Shown piece after piece: positions 11,010-20,923 of a DNA stretch of 64,000 nt (the first letter of the stretch is position 1; every line of letters starts with the position of its first letter). Below the pieces are notes generated by a model. It had not been told where the DNA came from. It made no database searches and saw only the letters and a list, made by a program, of their open reading frames with translations. Source of the stretch: an uncultured delta proteobacterium (GTDB lineage: Bacteria; Desulfobacterota; Desulfobaccia; Desulfobaccales; Desulfobaccaceae); assembly GCA_963705135.1 (NCBI GenBank), contig CAVPJB010000014.1, positions 68,816 to 132,815 of the forward strand. The letters are read 5' to 3'. The position numbers were made by a program, and so were the translations under genes.

Positions 11010-11637
11010 GCTCTGGCCGGTTTTTCTGGCAGTCCTGGCCGTCTCGCTGTGGCTGGGATGCACCCCCCCCACCGGGCCGCCCTCGGAAGAGTTCGCGGCC
11101 CGGGTCCTCGACGGCGACACCATCGTCCTCGCCGATGGCCGGAAAGTCCGCTACCTGGGTATCGATACCCCGGAATTGAGCAGCATTGACCCCGGGGAGC
11201 TGGAACTGGCGCGACAGGCCAAACAGGTCAATGCTATGTTGGTCCAGGGGGCTAAGCTGCGTCTGGAATATGACCTGGAGCGCTACGACCAGTACAATCG
11301 TTTGCTGGCCTACGTCTTCCTGCCGGATGGACGGCTGCTGAACGCGGAACTGGTGCGCCGGGGACTGGCCCGGGTCTTACTCAAACCACCTAACCTGCGT
11401 TATCGGGACGTGCTCCTCCAAGCCCAACAGCAGGCCATTGACCAACGGCTGGGTTGGTGGCAGGAATTGCCGGTACCCCAGGAAACTCACTACATCGGCA
11501 ATATCAAAAGTTTCCGCTTCCACCGCCCCTCCTGCCCGGGGGCCAAATCCATATCTCCAGGCAACCGCCGCCTGATTAAAACCCCCCTGGACGCCTACCG
11601 GGAGGGCTACAGCCCCTCTAAAGATTGCAAACCCTGA
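11002..11637 (+). CDS. Thermonuclease (SNase-like) lipoprotein with C-terminal Ada-type metal-binding domain; start codon unclear
   Basis: Frame extends upstream of the called ORF: [17 protein letters not shown] (lipobox), [38 protein letters not shown]; C-terminal FHRPSC...[10 protein letters not shown]. Confidence 0.82.
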   Translation, partial: QLKLWPVFLAVLAVSLWLGCTPPTGPPSEEFAARVLDGDTIVLADGRKVRYLGIDTPELSSIDPGELELARQAKQVNAMLVQGAKLRLEYDLERYDQYNRLLAYVFLPDGRLLNAELVRRGLARVLLKPPNLRYRDVLLQAQQQAIDQRLGWWQELPVPQETHYIGNIKSFRFHRPSCPGAKSISPGNRRLIKTPLDAYREGYSPSKDCKP

Positions 11638-11724
11638 AAAATAGGAAAAAGGGAGAAAATCCTTGGGGTCTAAAAAGAATATTTCGGTCTCAATAAGAAG
11701 CCGACTTACCTCTACCTCTCCCCT

Positions 11725-11786
11725 GTCCTCAGTCCTCAGTCCTCAGTCCTCAGTCCTCAGTCCTCAGTCCTCAGTCCTCAGTCCTC
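11725..11786. repeat. Perfect heptamer tandem repeat (GTCCTCA)x8 plus a partial unit
   Basis: Directly visible; overlaps the last codons and stop of speE. Confidence 0.97.
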
Positions 11787-12733
11787 GCCCCAGGGCTAAG
11801 ATCCAGGGGAAATATCCCCTCCTGCTGGAAAGGCCGGGTGTCGGTGAGAATCTGGCCGTGTTTGGCCAGCAGGCGACTCAAATAGGGGGGCAGCAGGGGC
11901 ACCGCCGGGGCAAAATCCGGCTGGAACCATTGCAAGGGGGGTAGGTGCCGGTCGGCCTGGGTCCTGGCTAGGTGTTCGGGGCTGGGCCACTGACAGTCGG
12001 CCCCCCCGGCCAGGATAAAGCCGTACAGGTCGTTGAAGCTCGGGATAAAAGCGGTATAGGGCACGACCCGGGGAAAAACCGCCTTCAGGGTGCGGTTGAG
12101 GTGCGGCAGCAGCCGGATAGCCTGCCCGGCAGAGCCGGCCTGGATGCTCATCAGACCCTCGGGCCGGAGTTTGGCCTGGGCCAGCCGGAACATTTCCCGG
12201 GTAAAAAGAAAAAAGGCCGGCCCCCCTTCCAGGGGATCGGTGATATCCATAATAATGACGTCCAGGCTCCGGTCCGGTTGTGCCGCCAGCCAGCCCCGGG
12301 CATCCTCAAAGAAAAGCCGCAGCCGGGGGTCCTCCCAGGCGCCGGCGGCAAAGTCTGGGAGGAGTTCCCGGCAGAGGGACACCAGCTCTTCATCCAAATC
12401 GATCATAGAGACCAACTGGACTGAGGAGTGGCGCAACACCTCCCGAATGGTGGCGCCTTCCCCGCCACCCAGGACAGCCACCTGTCGGGGTTGGGGGTGG
12501 GCGAACATGGCCGGCTGCACCAGGGCTTCGTGGTAAATGACCTCGTCGCCTTGGGCCGATTGGAGCACCCCGTCCAGGATCAGGGCCTTCCCCATGACGG
12601 GGTTTTCCATGATCTGATAATCCTGAAAACGCGTCCGCCCCCGGGCCAGGATTCTGGTGAGGCGAAAAGCCGCCAGATCATCAGGACTGGCGAATTCAAT
12701 GAACCAGTGGCCCTCCGGCCAGCGGTTGGTCAT
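11771..12733 (-). CDS. speE: Polyamine aminopropyltransferase (spermidine synthase)
   Basis: LILDGVLQS, DEVIYHEALVQPAM, VAVLGGGEGATIREVLRH, DVIIMDITDP. Confidence 0.92.
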   Translation of the reverse strand: MTNRWPEGHWFIEFASPDDLAAFRLTRILARGRTRFQDYQIMENPVMGKALILDGVLQSAQGDEVIYHEALVQPAMFAHPQPRQVAVLGGGEGATIREVLRHSSVQLVSMIDLDEELVSLCRELLPDFAAGAWEDPRLRLFFEDARGWLAAQPDRSLDVIIMDITDPLEGGPAFFLFTREMFRLAQAKLRPEGLMSIQAGSAGQAIRLLPHLNRTLKAVFPRVVPYTAFIPSFNDLYGFILAGGADCQWPSPEHLARTQADRHLPPLQWFQPDFAPAVPLLPPYLSRLLAKHGQILTDTRPFQQEGIFPLDLSPGARTED

Positions 12734-13135
12734 AAGGTTTTCCCTTTCCCACCAAAATTGAAGGATTCTAAACCTCTGATTCTCCGGTATCAATCCAAAT
12801 ACTATCTTAAATCGCCAACAAGTAACCAAATTTCTTCAAAATAATGTGTTTCACCCTAATAATTTTTTCCCTATCCCTTTCCGCTTTCGCCCCTGCCGAT
12901 CCTTTTTTCTCTCATCCCTCACCCCAATTCCCTGTTTTAGTGACATCTGCCTCACCTGTTCTGTCTAATTTCCTCCCGTTCTGCTATAAGCACTTGATAG
13001 ATAACTGCTTTTAGCTTGTAGTTTTTAAACTTTGAATTTTGAACTTAAAACCGAACCGCAAACCAGAAACCAACAACTGGCTCCCGGTCATTAGCTTTAA
13101 CCGACCTCTGGTCCCTAATTCCAAAGGAATTTAAA

Positions 13136-13807
13136 ATGAAATGCACCGTCTGTAAACACAATCAAATCAAAGACATCGACCGCGCCCTCCTCACCGGCGC
13201 CACCCTGACTTCCCTCAGCCAAAAGTACGGCTTCAGCACCTCCGCCCTGCACCGCCACCGGGAGCACCTAAGGCAAAAAATGGCGCAGGCCCAAAACCGG
13301 TTCCAGGACAGCCTGCGCCAGGGCTTGCTCTGCAAACTCAATATCGTCCTGGAACTGGCCCTGCACACCGCCCGGGCCGCCAGCGCCGGCGGAGACTTCA
13401 AATTGCTCCTCCAGGCCACCCGGGAAGTCACCCGCATTATTAGCCTCATGCATAAAATGGATGTGCAGCTGGATCAGGAAATGCTGTATTGTCTTATGGC
13501 CTCCCCCCAGTGGGATCTGCAGGACAGCCTCCTCCCCAACGGCTTCCAGGCCTTGTCCGCCACCCGCCAGACCCTGGCCGTGAATCTCTTTGCCCCCTGC
13601 CCGGACCCCGACTCCGAACTGATCCCGGAACCGGCTCAAAGTTCTCCCCTCGAAACTCAACACTCGCAACTCGAAACTCCTAATCAGACCGACGACTCGA
13701 CTGACCCAAGCCCGGACCTGCTCCAGAGGGTTAACCCAAGCCTGGCCCAACCACAAATCTTCCAACCAGAGACTAAAAACCGCAGACTGAAAACTGTCTC
13801 TTCGTGA
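13136..13807 (+). CDS. Hypothetical protein with CxxCxH...HRH putative Zn/HTH N-terminus and low-complexity tail
   Basis: MKCTVCKH...SLSQKYGFSTSALHRHREH; AAAGGA RBS; tail partly encoded by 7-mer repeats. Confidence 0.65.
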   Translation: MKCTVCKHNQIKDIDRALLTGATLTSLSQKYGFSTSALHRHREHLRQKMAQAQNRFQDSLRQGLLCKLNIVLELALHTARAASAGGDFKLLLQATREVTRIISLMHKMDVQLDQEMLYCLMASPQWDLQDSLLPNGFQALSATRQTLAVNLFAPCPDPDSELIPEPAQSSPLETQHSQLETPNQTDDSTDPSPDLLQRVNPSLAQPQIFQPETKNRRLKTVSS

Positions 13808-14021
13808 AGTGGGAAAAAAGTGGGAAATTACCGGGATAATCCTGCCATGCTGATGAAATATATGAGCAATATCTGAGAGATATCGAGCGGGAAAAAATTG
13901 CTAACCGAACACTGAAAACTGAAAACCGGAAACGATATAAGACCATATTTTTGGCAATGACTACAATGTGTTCGTTGAACTATGTCAAGAAGATATTTTT
14001 TTCAGGCTCCCAAGAGCACAA

Positions 14022-16082
14022 TCAAAGCTTGCAGATGCCGTGGATGGAGCTGCAGGTGGCGGAGTAGAGCCGGTCGATCCAATCGTCCCGGCGCAGGTAG
14101 TATACCGGGGAAGCGCCGCAGGCGGGGCAGGCCTTTTGTTTGGCCAGCCGTCGCAATAATGAGTGCATGGTGGTGAGAAACGCGGCATGGCTCCAGGTAA
14201 GGGGCGAAACCGATAAGGGTTCCCCGGTGTGAGGATGAAATTGCTCCGGCAACACTCCCGAGGGCAGGGCGCGTTGGGCAGTGAGTTCCAGAATCTCTAA
14301 AGCTTGGTGCAAGTCGTCATCGGAGCTGTCTTTCTGAATGAGATATTCGGCCAACCAGAGAGTGCAGATGATCCAGGGGTTGCCGGAGGTTTCAGGAATA
14401 GCCCGGTGGTAGCTGTCGTCTTCGTAGCGGGCCAAACCGCCGGAGTTGCCGCCGACCCACAGCTTTTCCTGGAGGGCTTGCATGGTAGCGGCGAGCCGCG
14501 GGTCGTCGGGGGAATAGAGTCCGAAGGCAAATAACCCCCAGAGGCTGGCGTCGCAGACCGGGTCGATAACCAGGGTGCCATCCGGAGCATGGTGGAGGAG
14601 GCGGCTAAAGCGATTGAGTTCCGGGCGCCAGAGATGGGCGGAGGCCGCGTCCCGGATTTCGGCCGCAACCGAGCGATATCGTCGGGCCCGCTCCTCCTCC
14701 CCGAACACCGTGCAGAACAGGGAAGCCGCGGTAAGGCCCCCAAAGACGGCGCCGACGGTGAAGGCGGAGATGCCCCGGCGCTCTTCCCAGAGGTCGTAGG
14801 AGGGGGCTGGCAGACCGGTTTGAGGATCGCGGTACTGGCTCATGAAATCCGCGGCCCTTTTCACCAGGGGCCGATAAAAGAGCTTGATGAATTCAATGTC
14901 CCGGTAAAGGACAAAGTGGTGCCACAGGGCCCAGATTACCAGGGCTGTGGAATCTTCCTGGATGGGGAGCTGGTTCTGGCCGTCATGGTACCAGGGGTGC
15001 CAGGAGGAGGCCAGGGTGCCGTCGGGATTGTACTTGTGCAACAGGTACCCGGCGGAGTCGATGCGTTCGGCGATGAACTCGAAGAACTGTTTGGCGTAAA
15101 TGGGGTAGCCGGTGAGATCCAGGGCATGGGCCGCCAGGGCGCCGTCCCGGGGCCAGATGTAGGCGTAGGTGTCGCGATTAAACTGGATGACGTCGGAATC
15201 GGTGGCGGCCAGGATCCCCCCCTGCCAATCGATCTGGGTAGCCAGGATCAGGAGGCTGCGGCGGTATAAGTCGGCCAAATTGTCGGGCACCAGATGCAGC
15301 GGCGGGGTTTCTTTGCGCACCCAGAGCCGCCAGTAATCCGCAGTGCGCTGGATCAGGTACTGGGGCTGTTTGTATCTCACCAAATTATCCAAACGTCTGA
15401 CTTCATTCCAGGTCTGGCCGGCGGCCAGCCAGAAAGCGGCCTGGCCGGAAGAGAGGCCGGAAACGGTGAGGGTGAGACCGATGACGGAATCCACCGAACC
15501 CTGGGCGATGGGATTGCCGGAGAGGTAACCGTCTTCGGCATCCCGGAAAGTGCCTTCTTTGCCATCAGTGCCTTTTTGGCCCACAGCATACTGGGAAACT
15601 CCCCCGGAACCCGCTACCAGGCCGTTGGCCAGAAAATACCGGGGCCCCTTGTAGTGCACGATGCCGCCGGTCTCCGGATCAAAGGCGGCGGTGTCGCCCA
15701 CTTCATTGCCGGAAATACTGAAATCCAGGTGCAAGAAGAGCTTGACCAGTCGCTCGGAGGGCAGGAGATTTTCGATGGTAATTTCCTTGAGATACATGTT
15801 TTCATGGAAATCGACGGCGTCCCGGCAGCGGAGCAGGATCTGGAGGCCAGGGTGGTAGAGACTTACCTGGGTCACCAGGGTGTCAGTTTCGTATAAGCGT
15901 TCGATCTTCCATTCCGGGCCGACCCAGGAAAAGCGGCCGTCCACCCAGACCCCGAAGCGGGAGAATTCGCCACCGATGTGGTTTTCCTGACCGACGTGGG
16001 GGAAGTAGAGGTCCCGCAGATTGTAGTGCTGATCAAAGGCCAGGAGGAGTTTGCCGTTGCCGACGGGGATATCACGGGGCAT
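14022..16082 (-). CDS. Glycoside hydrolase family 15 (glucoamylase-like)
   Basis: MPRDIPVGNG, YAYIWPRDG, SYDLWEE, LPEQ...SVSPLTWSHA. Confidence 0.93.
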   Translation of the reverse strand: MPRDIPVGNGKLLLAFDQHYNLRDLYFPHVGQENHIGGEFSRFGVWVDGRFSWVGPEWKIERLYETDTLVTQVSLYHPGLQILLRCRDAVDFHENMYLKEITIENLLPSERLVKLFLHLDFSISGNEVGDTAAFDPETGGIVHYKGPRYFLANGLVAGSGGVSQYAVGQKGTDGKEGTFRDAEDGYLSGNPIAQGSVDSVIGLTLTVSGLSSGQAAFWLAAGQTWNEVRRLDNLVRYKQPQYLIQRTADYWRLWVRKETPPLHLVPDNLADLYRRSLLILATQIDWQGGILAATDSDVIQFNRDTYAYIWPRDGALAAHALDLTGYPIYAKQFFEFIAERIDSAGYLLHKYNPDGTLASSWHPWYHDGQNQLPIQEDSTALVIWALWHHFVLYRDIEFIKLFYRPLVKRAADFMSQYRDPQTGLPAPSYDLWEERRGISAFTVGAVFGGLTAASLFCTVFGEEERARRYRSVAAEIRDAASAHLWRPELNRFSRLLHHAPDGTLVIDPVCDASLWGLFAFGLYSPDDPRLAATMQALQEKLWVGGNSGGLARYEDDSYHRAIPETSGNPWIICTLWLAEYLIQKDSSDDDLHQALEILELTAQRALPSGVLPEQFHPHTGEPLSVSPLTWSHAAFLTTMHSLLRRLAKQKACPACGASPVYYLRRDDWIDRLYSATCSSIHGICKL

Positions 16083-16086
16083 TAGA

Positions 16087-16908
16087 TCACCTTTCGATGG
16101 AGGGAGTCAGGCAGACCTGCACCCGGGCGCCGGGGGAGGCGTCCAGAATCCGGGCGGCGCTGCCCTGGCGGCAGGCTATTTCCAGGTAACCGTGGCTGCC
16201 GCCCAGGGCTACCAGGGTTCCGAGGGGAGCATCATGATAGGTTTGGCCCAGATGGGGTATGAGGTGGCTATTGAGACGCAGACTGGCGAACCGTCCCCGG
16301 AGCCAGGATTGCAGCGCCTGAAATGGGATATTGCTGATGAGATTGCCAAAATAGTCGCAATAGATGATCTGCCCCTCCACCATTTCTTCCCGAAACTCGG
16401 GAGAGGGGAAAGCCAACCTTACAGGGTCGGCAAGCGCCGGGCCCAAAGATGTCAAAGGCACCCCCAGGGACAGGTGCGCCGCCACCGGGGCGAAGATGTC
16501 CCGGCCGTGAAAGGTGGCTGAGACATCGGGTAAAAAGTATTGGGGATTCTCCAGGCTGACCGCGGTCCAGGGCGGTTGTTCGGCAAAAACCAAAGAAAAT
16601 AAGCCATTGTCGGGGCCGACAAAAAAGTGTTCCCGGCAGGCGGCGGCCACCGCCCGACGGTGGGAGCCGACGCCGGGGTCAACGACTGCCAGGTGAACGG
16701 TACCGGCGGGAAAATATCGCCAGGCAGACTGAAGTACAAAGGCCCCGGCCATAACGTCCTGGGATGGCAGGTCGTGGCTCAGGTCCACCAACCGGACGTG
16801 TGGGTTGAGGTTTAAAATAACCCCTTTCATGATGCCCACATAGGCGTCCCTCAAGCCGAAATCGGTCAACAAGGTTATGAGAGGCGGACGGGGAACGCCG
16901 GCTGCCAT
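16087..16908 (-). CDS. DUF62 SAM hydroxide adenosyltransferase / chlorinase-like protein
   Basis: ITLLTDFG, VHLAVVDPGVGS, FVGPDNG, SATFHGRDIFAP, DYFGNLISN. Confidence 0.93.
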   Translation of the reverse strand: MAAGVPRPPLITLLTDFGLRDAYVGIMKGVILNLNPHVRLVDLSHDLPSQDVMAGAFVLQSAWRYFPAGTVHLAVVDPGVGSHRRAVAAACREHFFVGPDNGLFSLVFAEQPPWTAVSLENPQYFLPDVSATFHGRDIFAPVAAHLSLGVPLTSLGPALADPVRLAFPSPEFREEMVEGQIIYCDYFGNLISNIPFQALQSWLRGRFASLRLNSHLIPHLGQTYHDAPLGTLVALGGSHGYLEIACRQGSAARILDASPGARVQVCLTPSIER

Positions 16909-16911
16909 GAG

Positions 16912-17334
16912 TTAATGGGTAGTTATGGCAAGGTGCCGGGAGACCTCATCCCGGATGCGCTCCACCGGCAGGGAGCCGGCAAACCGGCCCTGACCGTTGA
17001 TATAGACGATGGGCGGGGGGTAGGTAAGGGAACACAGGAGCGCGGTTTGGGGCAGTTTCGGGCCCCGGGGATCTTTGAGGACGTTGATATACTCCACGGT
17101 TACTCGGCCCGGGAAGGCTTTTTCCAGGGTCATGGCCAAGGCCTGGGTTTGCATCTCAATGCTGACCCTGCCCAGGGGATCACCTTGATCGTGGTGATGA
17201 CCATGACTATGACCATGGCCGTGTTCGTGGCTCTGGTCGTGGCCGCCGCAGCCGCACCCGCAGCCGGAGCTGTCGGCGGTGGCCAGAGTGGGGGCGTCAT
17301 AAACGATGACTTCGACTTTAGAAATAGGGGACAT
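16912..17334 (-). CDS. His/Cys-rich thioredoxin-like hypothetical protein (putative metal binder)
   Basis: GCGCGCGG followed by HDQSHEHGHGHSHGHHH; C-terminal PIVYINGQ...G; only 3 nt from the DUF62 gene. Confidence 0.7.
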   Translation of the reverse strand: MSPISKVEVIVYDAPTLATADSSGCGCGCGGHDQSHEHGHGHSHGHHHDQGDPLGRVSIEMQTQALAMTLEKAFPGRVTVEYINVLKDPRGPKLPQTALLCSLTYPPPIVYINGQGRFAGSLPVERIRDEVSRHLAITTH

Positions 17335-17775
17335 GATACGCCAACCTCTTCTCATATATGTTGGGTGAAGAACGCAGTGGCAGAGCCGAGGGTATTAAAA
17401 TCAAGAGCGCCATTTTATTAATTTACTATATCTATCATAGTAAGGCAAAATTTTGTGTTCGCCAAGTGGTTGCAAGGGAATGTGCCAAGATTCACAAAAT
17501 TATCTTTCCCTCTTGTGTTTTTGTTTAATGTTTGGTTAAAATGAAAATTCTGGCATTTTAAGTCTTAATTAGTTCTCATCCGAAAACTATGATGAGAACT
17601 AATTAAGTTTCTGATTTGGAAACGAGATAGTTTCTGCAAGGCCAAGGAAATCAAGGGCTTGTGCGGAGGCGAACATTCGTTCGCCGCACCAGCAAGCCCG
17701 TGGATTGACGCTGAAATTGTGGAAATTAGCCGTTTCCGGACAGAAACTAATTTAATGAGAAATAGGGGGACCTGC

Positions 17776-19854
17776 ATGGCTGGGAAACTTGATCATCTCC
17801 GCAATGTGGCCTTGATCGGACACAGCGGCGCGGGCAAAACCTCGGTGGCGGAGGGAATGCTTTTTGCAGCCAAAGCGACGACCAGGTTGGGCAAAGTGGA
17901 TGACAGCAGTTCGGTATTGGATTTTGAGGCGGAAGAGGTAAAGCGCCGCATTTCGATTGCGGCCGCCTGCCATCATTTCGATTGGAAGAAACACGCCATT
18001 CACTTCGTAGATACGCCGGGTGATGACAATTTTCTGGCTGAGACGCGGGCCGCCTTGCAGGTCGCGGACAGCGCCCTCGTAATCATTGATGCCGTGGACG
18101 GGGTAAAAGTAGGAACCGAGAAAGTTTGGGCCTATGCTGACAAGTACACGTTGCCGCGCTTGATTTTCATCAACAAAATGGAGCGGGAGCGAGCGGATTT
18201 TGCCAAAGCGGTCAAGGAAATCAAGGATATTCTTAAAGCCAAGCCGGTTTTGCTCCAGATTCCCATCGGTCAGGAAGCAAATTTTAAGGGCGTGGTGGAC
18301 CTGGTTGCCTTTAAAGCCTACACCTTCGACAGCAGCGGCAAGATCGCCGAGACGGAAATACCGGCCGATCTGCTCGATGATGCCGAGGCCCAGCGCAGCG
18401 AGTTATTGAACTTTGCGGCAGAGTCTGATGATGCCCTGATTGAAAAGTTTCTGGAAGAAGGGCAGCTAAGCCAGGAAGAGATCTTGCTCGGTTTGCGGGC
18501 CGGGACGCTGGCCGGGAGTTTTGTGCCGGTGTTGTGTGGCGCCGCCATGCAGAACATGGGTACGGCCCTGCTCCTGGACGCCCTGAATGCTTATCTCCCC
18601 TCTCCCACCGACCGCGGTGCGGTGACGGGGGTTGATCCCAAGACCAAGGCCGAGGTCAGCCTGGAACCCGACCCGGATGGTCCCTTCTGCGCCTATGTCT
18701 TTAAAACGGTGGCCGATCCCTATGCCGGCCGCTTGAGCGTGTTTCGAATCTACTCGGGTACCTTGAAGTCTGATTCCAATTTCTGGAATGCCAACAAAGA
18801 AACCTCGGAGCGCTTCGGCCAGCTTTTCCTGCCGGAAGGGAAGAACCAGAAGTCGGTGGAAAGTGCCGGACCTGGGATGTTTGCTGCGGTGGCCAAACTC
18901 AAGGATACTGTTACGGGCGATACTTTGTGCGAGGAGAATAAGCCTTTAATCCTGCCGGCCCCGGCTCCGCCCAAGACCGTGGTCACCTTTGCCGTGGAAC
19001 CCAAGAGCCGGGGGGATGAAGACAAGGTGTATTCTTCCATCTCCCGCTTAATTGAAGAAGATCCATCGCTGGCCCAGGGCCGGAACGCTGAAACCAAGGA
19101 AATTTTACTTTCCGGCATGGGGCAGGTCCACATCGAAGCCACGGTGGAGAAGCTGAAGCGGAAATTCGGGGTGGAAGTCAATCTGAAGACGCCCAAGGTG
19201 CCCTATCGGGAAACCATCAAAGGGCGCACCAAGGTGCAGGGCAAATATAAACGTCAGTCCGGCGGCCGGGGTCAGTTTGGCGACACCTGGCTGGAAATCG
19301 AGCCTTTACCCCGGGGCGGCGGCTTTGAATTTGCAGACAAGATCGTTGGTGGGGCCATTCCCAAACAGTATATCCCGGCGGTGGAAAAAGGCATCGTGGA
19401 GGCCATGCTGGAAGGGGAGTTGTCCGGTTGTCAGGTGGTGGATATCAAGATAACCCTCTACGACGGCTCCTTCCACGAAGTTGACTCCTCGGAAATGGCG
19501 TTTAAGATTGCCGGTTCCATGGGTTTTAAAAAAGGCTTTATGGCCTGTCAACCCACCCTGTTGGAGCCGGTGATGCAGATGAAGGTCACCGTGCCGGAAG
19601 ATTTCATGGGCGACATCATCGGTGATCTCAACGGCCGCCGGGGCCGGGTCCTGGGAGTAGACTCAGAAGGCAGCCTGCAAATTATTAAGGCCAATGTGCC
19701 TCTGTCGGAAGTGCAGCACTATCAGCCGGACCTGACCTCCAAGACCGGGGGGCGGGGCACCTTTGAGATGGAATTTTCCCATTACGAGGAAGTGCCGCCG
19801 GCGCAAGCAGAAAAAATCATCGCCCAAGTCAAGGCTGAAAAGGAAAAAGAATAG
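17776..19854 (+). CDS. fusA: Elongation factor G paralogue (EF-G2 type)
   Basis: GHSGAGKT, DTPGDDNF, NKME, KRQSGGRGQFG, DGSFHEVDSSEMAF; stand-alone, not in the str operon. Confidence 0.92.
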   Translation: MAGKLDHLRNVALIGHSGAGKTSVAEGMLFAAKATTRLGKVDDSSSVLDFEAEEVKRRISIAAACHHFDWKKHAIHFVDTPGDDNFLAETRAALQVADSALVIIDAVDGVKVGTEKVWAYADKYTLPRLIFINKMERERADFAKAVKEIKDILKAKPVLLQIPIGQEANFKGVVDLVAFKAYTFDSSGKIAETEIPADLLDDAEAQRSELLNFAAESDDALIEKFLEEGQLSQEEILLGLRAGTLAGSFVPVLCGAAMQNMGTALLLDALNAYLPSPTDRGAVTGVDPKTKAEVSLEPDPDGPFCAYVFKTVADPYAGRLSVFRIYSGTLKSDSNFWNANKETSERFGQLFLPEGKNQKSVESAGPGMFAAVAKLKDTVTGDTLCEENKPLILPAPAPPKTVVTFAVEPKSRGDEDKVYSSISRLIEEDPSLAQGRNAETKEILLSGMGQVHIEATVEKLKRKFGVEVNLKTPKVPYRETIKGRTKVQGKYKRQSGGRGQFGDTWLEIEPLPRGGGFEFADKIVGGAIPKQYIPAVEKGIVEAMLEGELSGCQVVDIKITLYDGSFHEVDSSEMAFKIAGSMGFKKGFMACQPTLLEPVMQMKVTVPEDFMGDIIGDLNGRRGRVLGVDSEGSLQIIKANVPLSEVQHYQPDLTSKTGGRGTFEMEFSHYEEVPPAQAEKIIAQVKAEKEKE

Positions 19855-19860
19855 TTCTTT

Positions 19861-19893
19861 AAGGGGGCCGGAAGTCAGCGCTTCCGGCCCTTT
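19861..19893 (+). terminator. Hairpin terminator after fusA
   Basis: GGGCCGGAAG-TCAGCG-CTTCCGGCCC then TTTCT. Confidence 0.7.
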
Positions 19894-19956
19894 CTGGTTA
19901 TCACCCACCACCTGCCGGAACGGTCTGAGGCCGGTTCCGGATCACCTTGAGGGGGA

Positions 19957-20436
19957 ATGACAAGGATGACGGCGCCAACCTCCCCCGTTGACAGTCTGCC
20001 GGCTCGAGTCGTTGCGGTATCTATCAGCGAAACCACAGGGGTTAAAAAAGACAATGTCGCCGGGGCCAGGGTCCTGGTTAATTTCGGCCTGGAGGGCGAT
20101 GCCCACGCTGGCGACTGGCACCGGCAGGTGAGCCTGCTGGCGGTGGAGAGCATCGACAAGATGCGGCAGAAAGGGCTGGAGCTGAAGCCCGGGGATTTTG
20201 CCGAAAATGTGACCACCCAGGGCCTCGACCTTCCCAACCTGCCGGTAGGGACCAGACTGCGGCTCGGGAATGAAGTGGAGCTGGAAGTGACCCAGATTGG
20301 CAAGGCCTGCCACCACGGCTGCGCCATCAAACAGCAGGTGGGTGACTGTGTCATGCCCCGGGAAGGAATTTTTGCCAAGGTTTTGCGAGGCGGCCTCATA
20401 CATCCAGGAGATGGCATCGAGGTTTTAGATGGTTAG
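19957..20436 (+). CDS. MOSC domain protein
   Basis: GLEGDAHAGDWHRQVSLL, PGDFAENVTT, TQIGKACHHGC, CVMPREGIF. Confidence 0.92.
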   Translation: MTRMTAPTSPVDSLPARVVAVSISETTGVKKDNVAGARVLVNFGLEGDAHAGDWHRQVSLLAVESIDKMRQKGLELKPGDFAENVTTQGLDLPNLPVGTRLRLGNEVELEVTQIGKACHHGCAIKQQVGDCVMPREGIFAKVLRGGLIHPGDGIEVLDG

Positions 20437-20920
20437 AGTGGGGATCCTTACCTGCAGCGATAAAGGCTCTCAAGGCGAACGGCAGGATACGAGCGCCACG
20501 GAAATCAAAAAATTATTGCCTGGGGAGGTGTTCCGGGTAGAGCGCTATGCGGTTGTCCCGGATGAGCAGGAGGCGATCACGGCCAGGCTGGTGGACTGGT
20601 GCGATCGGGAAGGACTGGACCTGATCCTGACTACCGGGGGAACCGGTCTGACGCCCCGGGATGTGACGCCGGAGTCGACCCTGGCAGTGCTCGAAAGGGA
20701 AATCCCTGGCATGGCTGAGGCCATGCGGGCCGCAAGTATGGCCAAGACACCCCACGCCATGCTTTCCCGGGGTGTGGCCGGTGTTCGGGGTCAGACCCTG
20801 ATCATTAATCTGCCGGGCAGCCCCAAGGCAGTGCGGGAAAACCTTGAGGTAGTGCTGCCGGCTCTCCCCCACGCCCTGGAAAAGATTAAAGGCAGTCCCA
20901 GGGAATGCGGGTCGGGGTGA
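20429..20920 (+). CDS. mog: Molybdopterin adenylyltransferase (Mog/MoaB family)
   Basis: ILTCSDKG, TTGGTGLTPRDVTPE, IINLPGSPKAV. Confidence 0.9.
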   Translation: MVRVGILTCSDKGSQGERQDTSATEIKKLLPGEVFRVERYAVVPDEQEAITARLVDWCDREGLDLILTTGGTGLTPRDVTPESTLAVLEREIPGMAEAMRAASMAKTPHAMLSRGVAGVRGQTLIINLPGSPKAVRENLEVVLPALPHALEKIKGSPRECGSG

Positions 20921-20923
20921 GTT

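Noticed and set aside
11725-11786. CRISPR array
   Set aside because: Contiguous 7-mers with no spacers; no CRISPR array or cas gene seen anywhere in the window
19855-19956. Moco/Wco riboswitch before MOSC-mog (also checked 52403-52506 before moeA)
   Set aside because: Only a terminator and a short palindrome are visible; no recognisable conserved core
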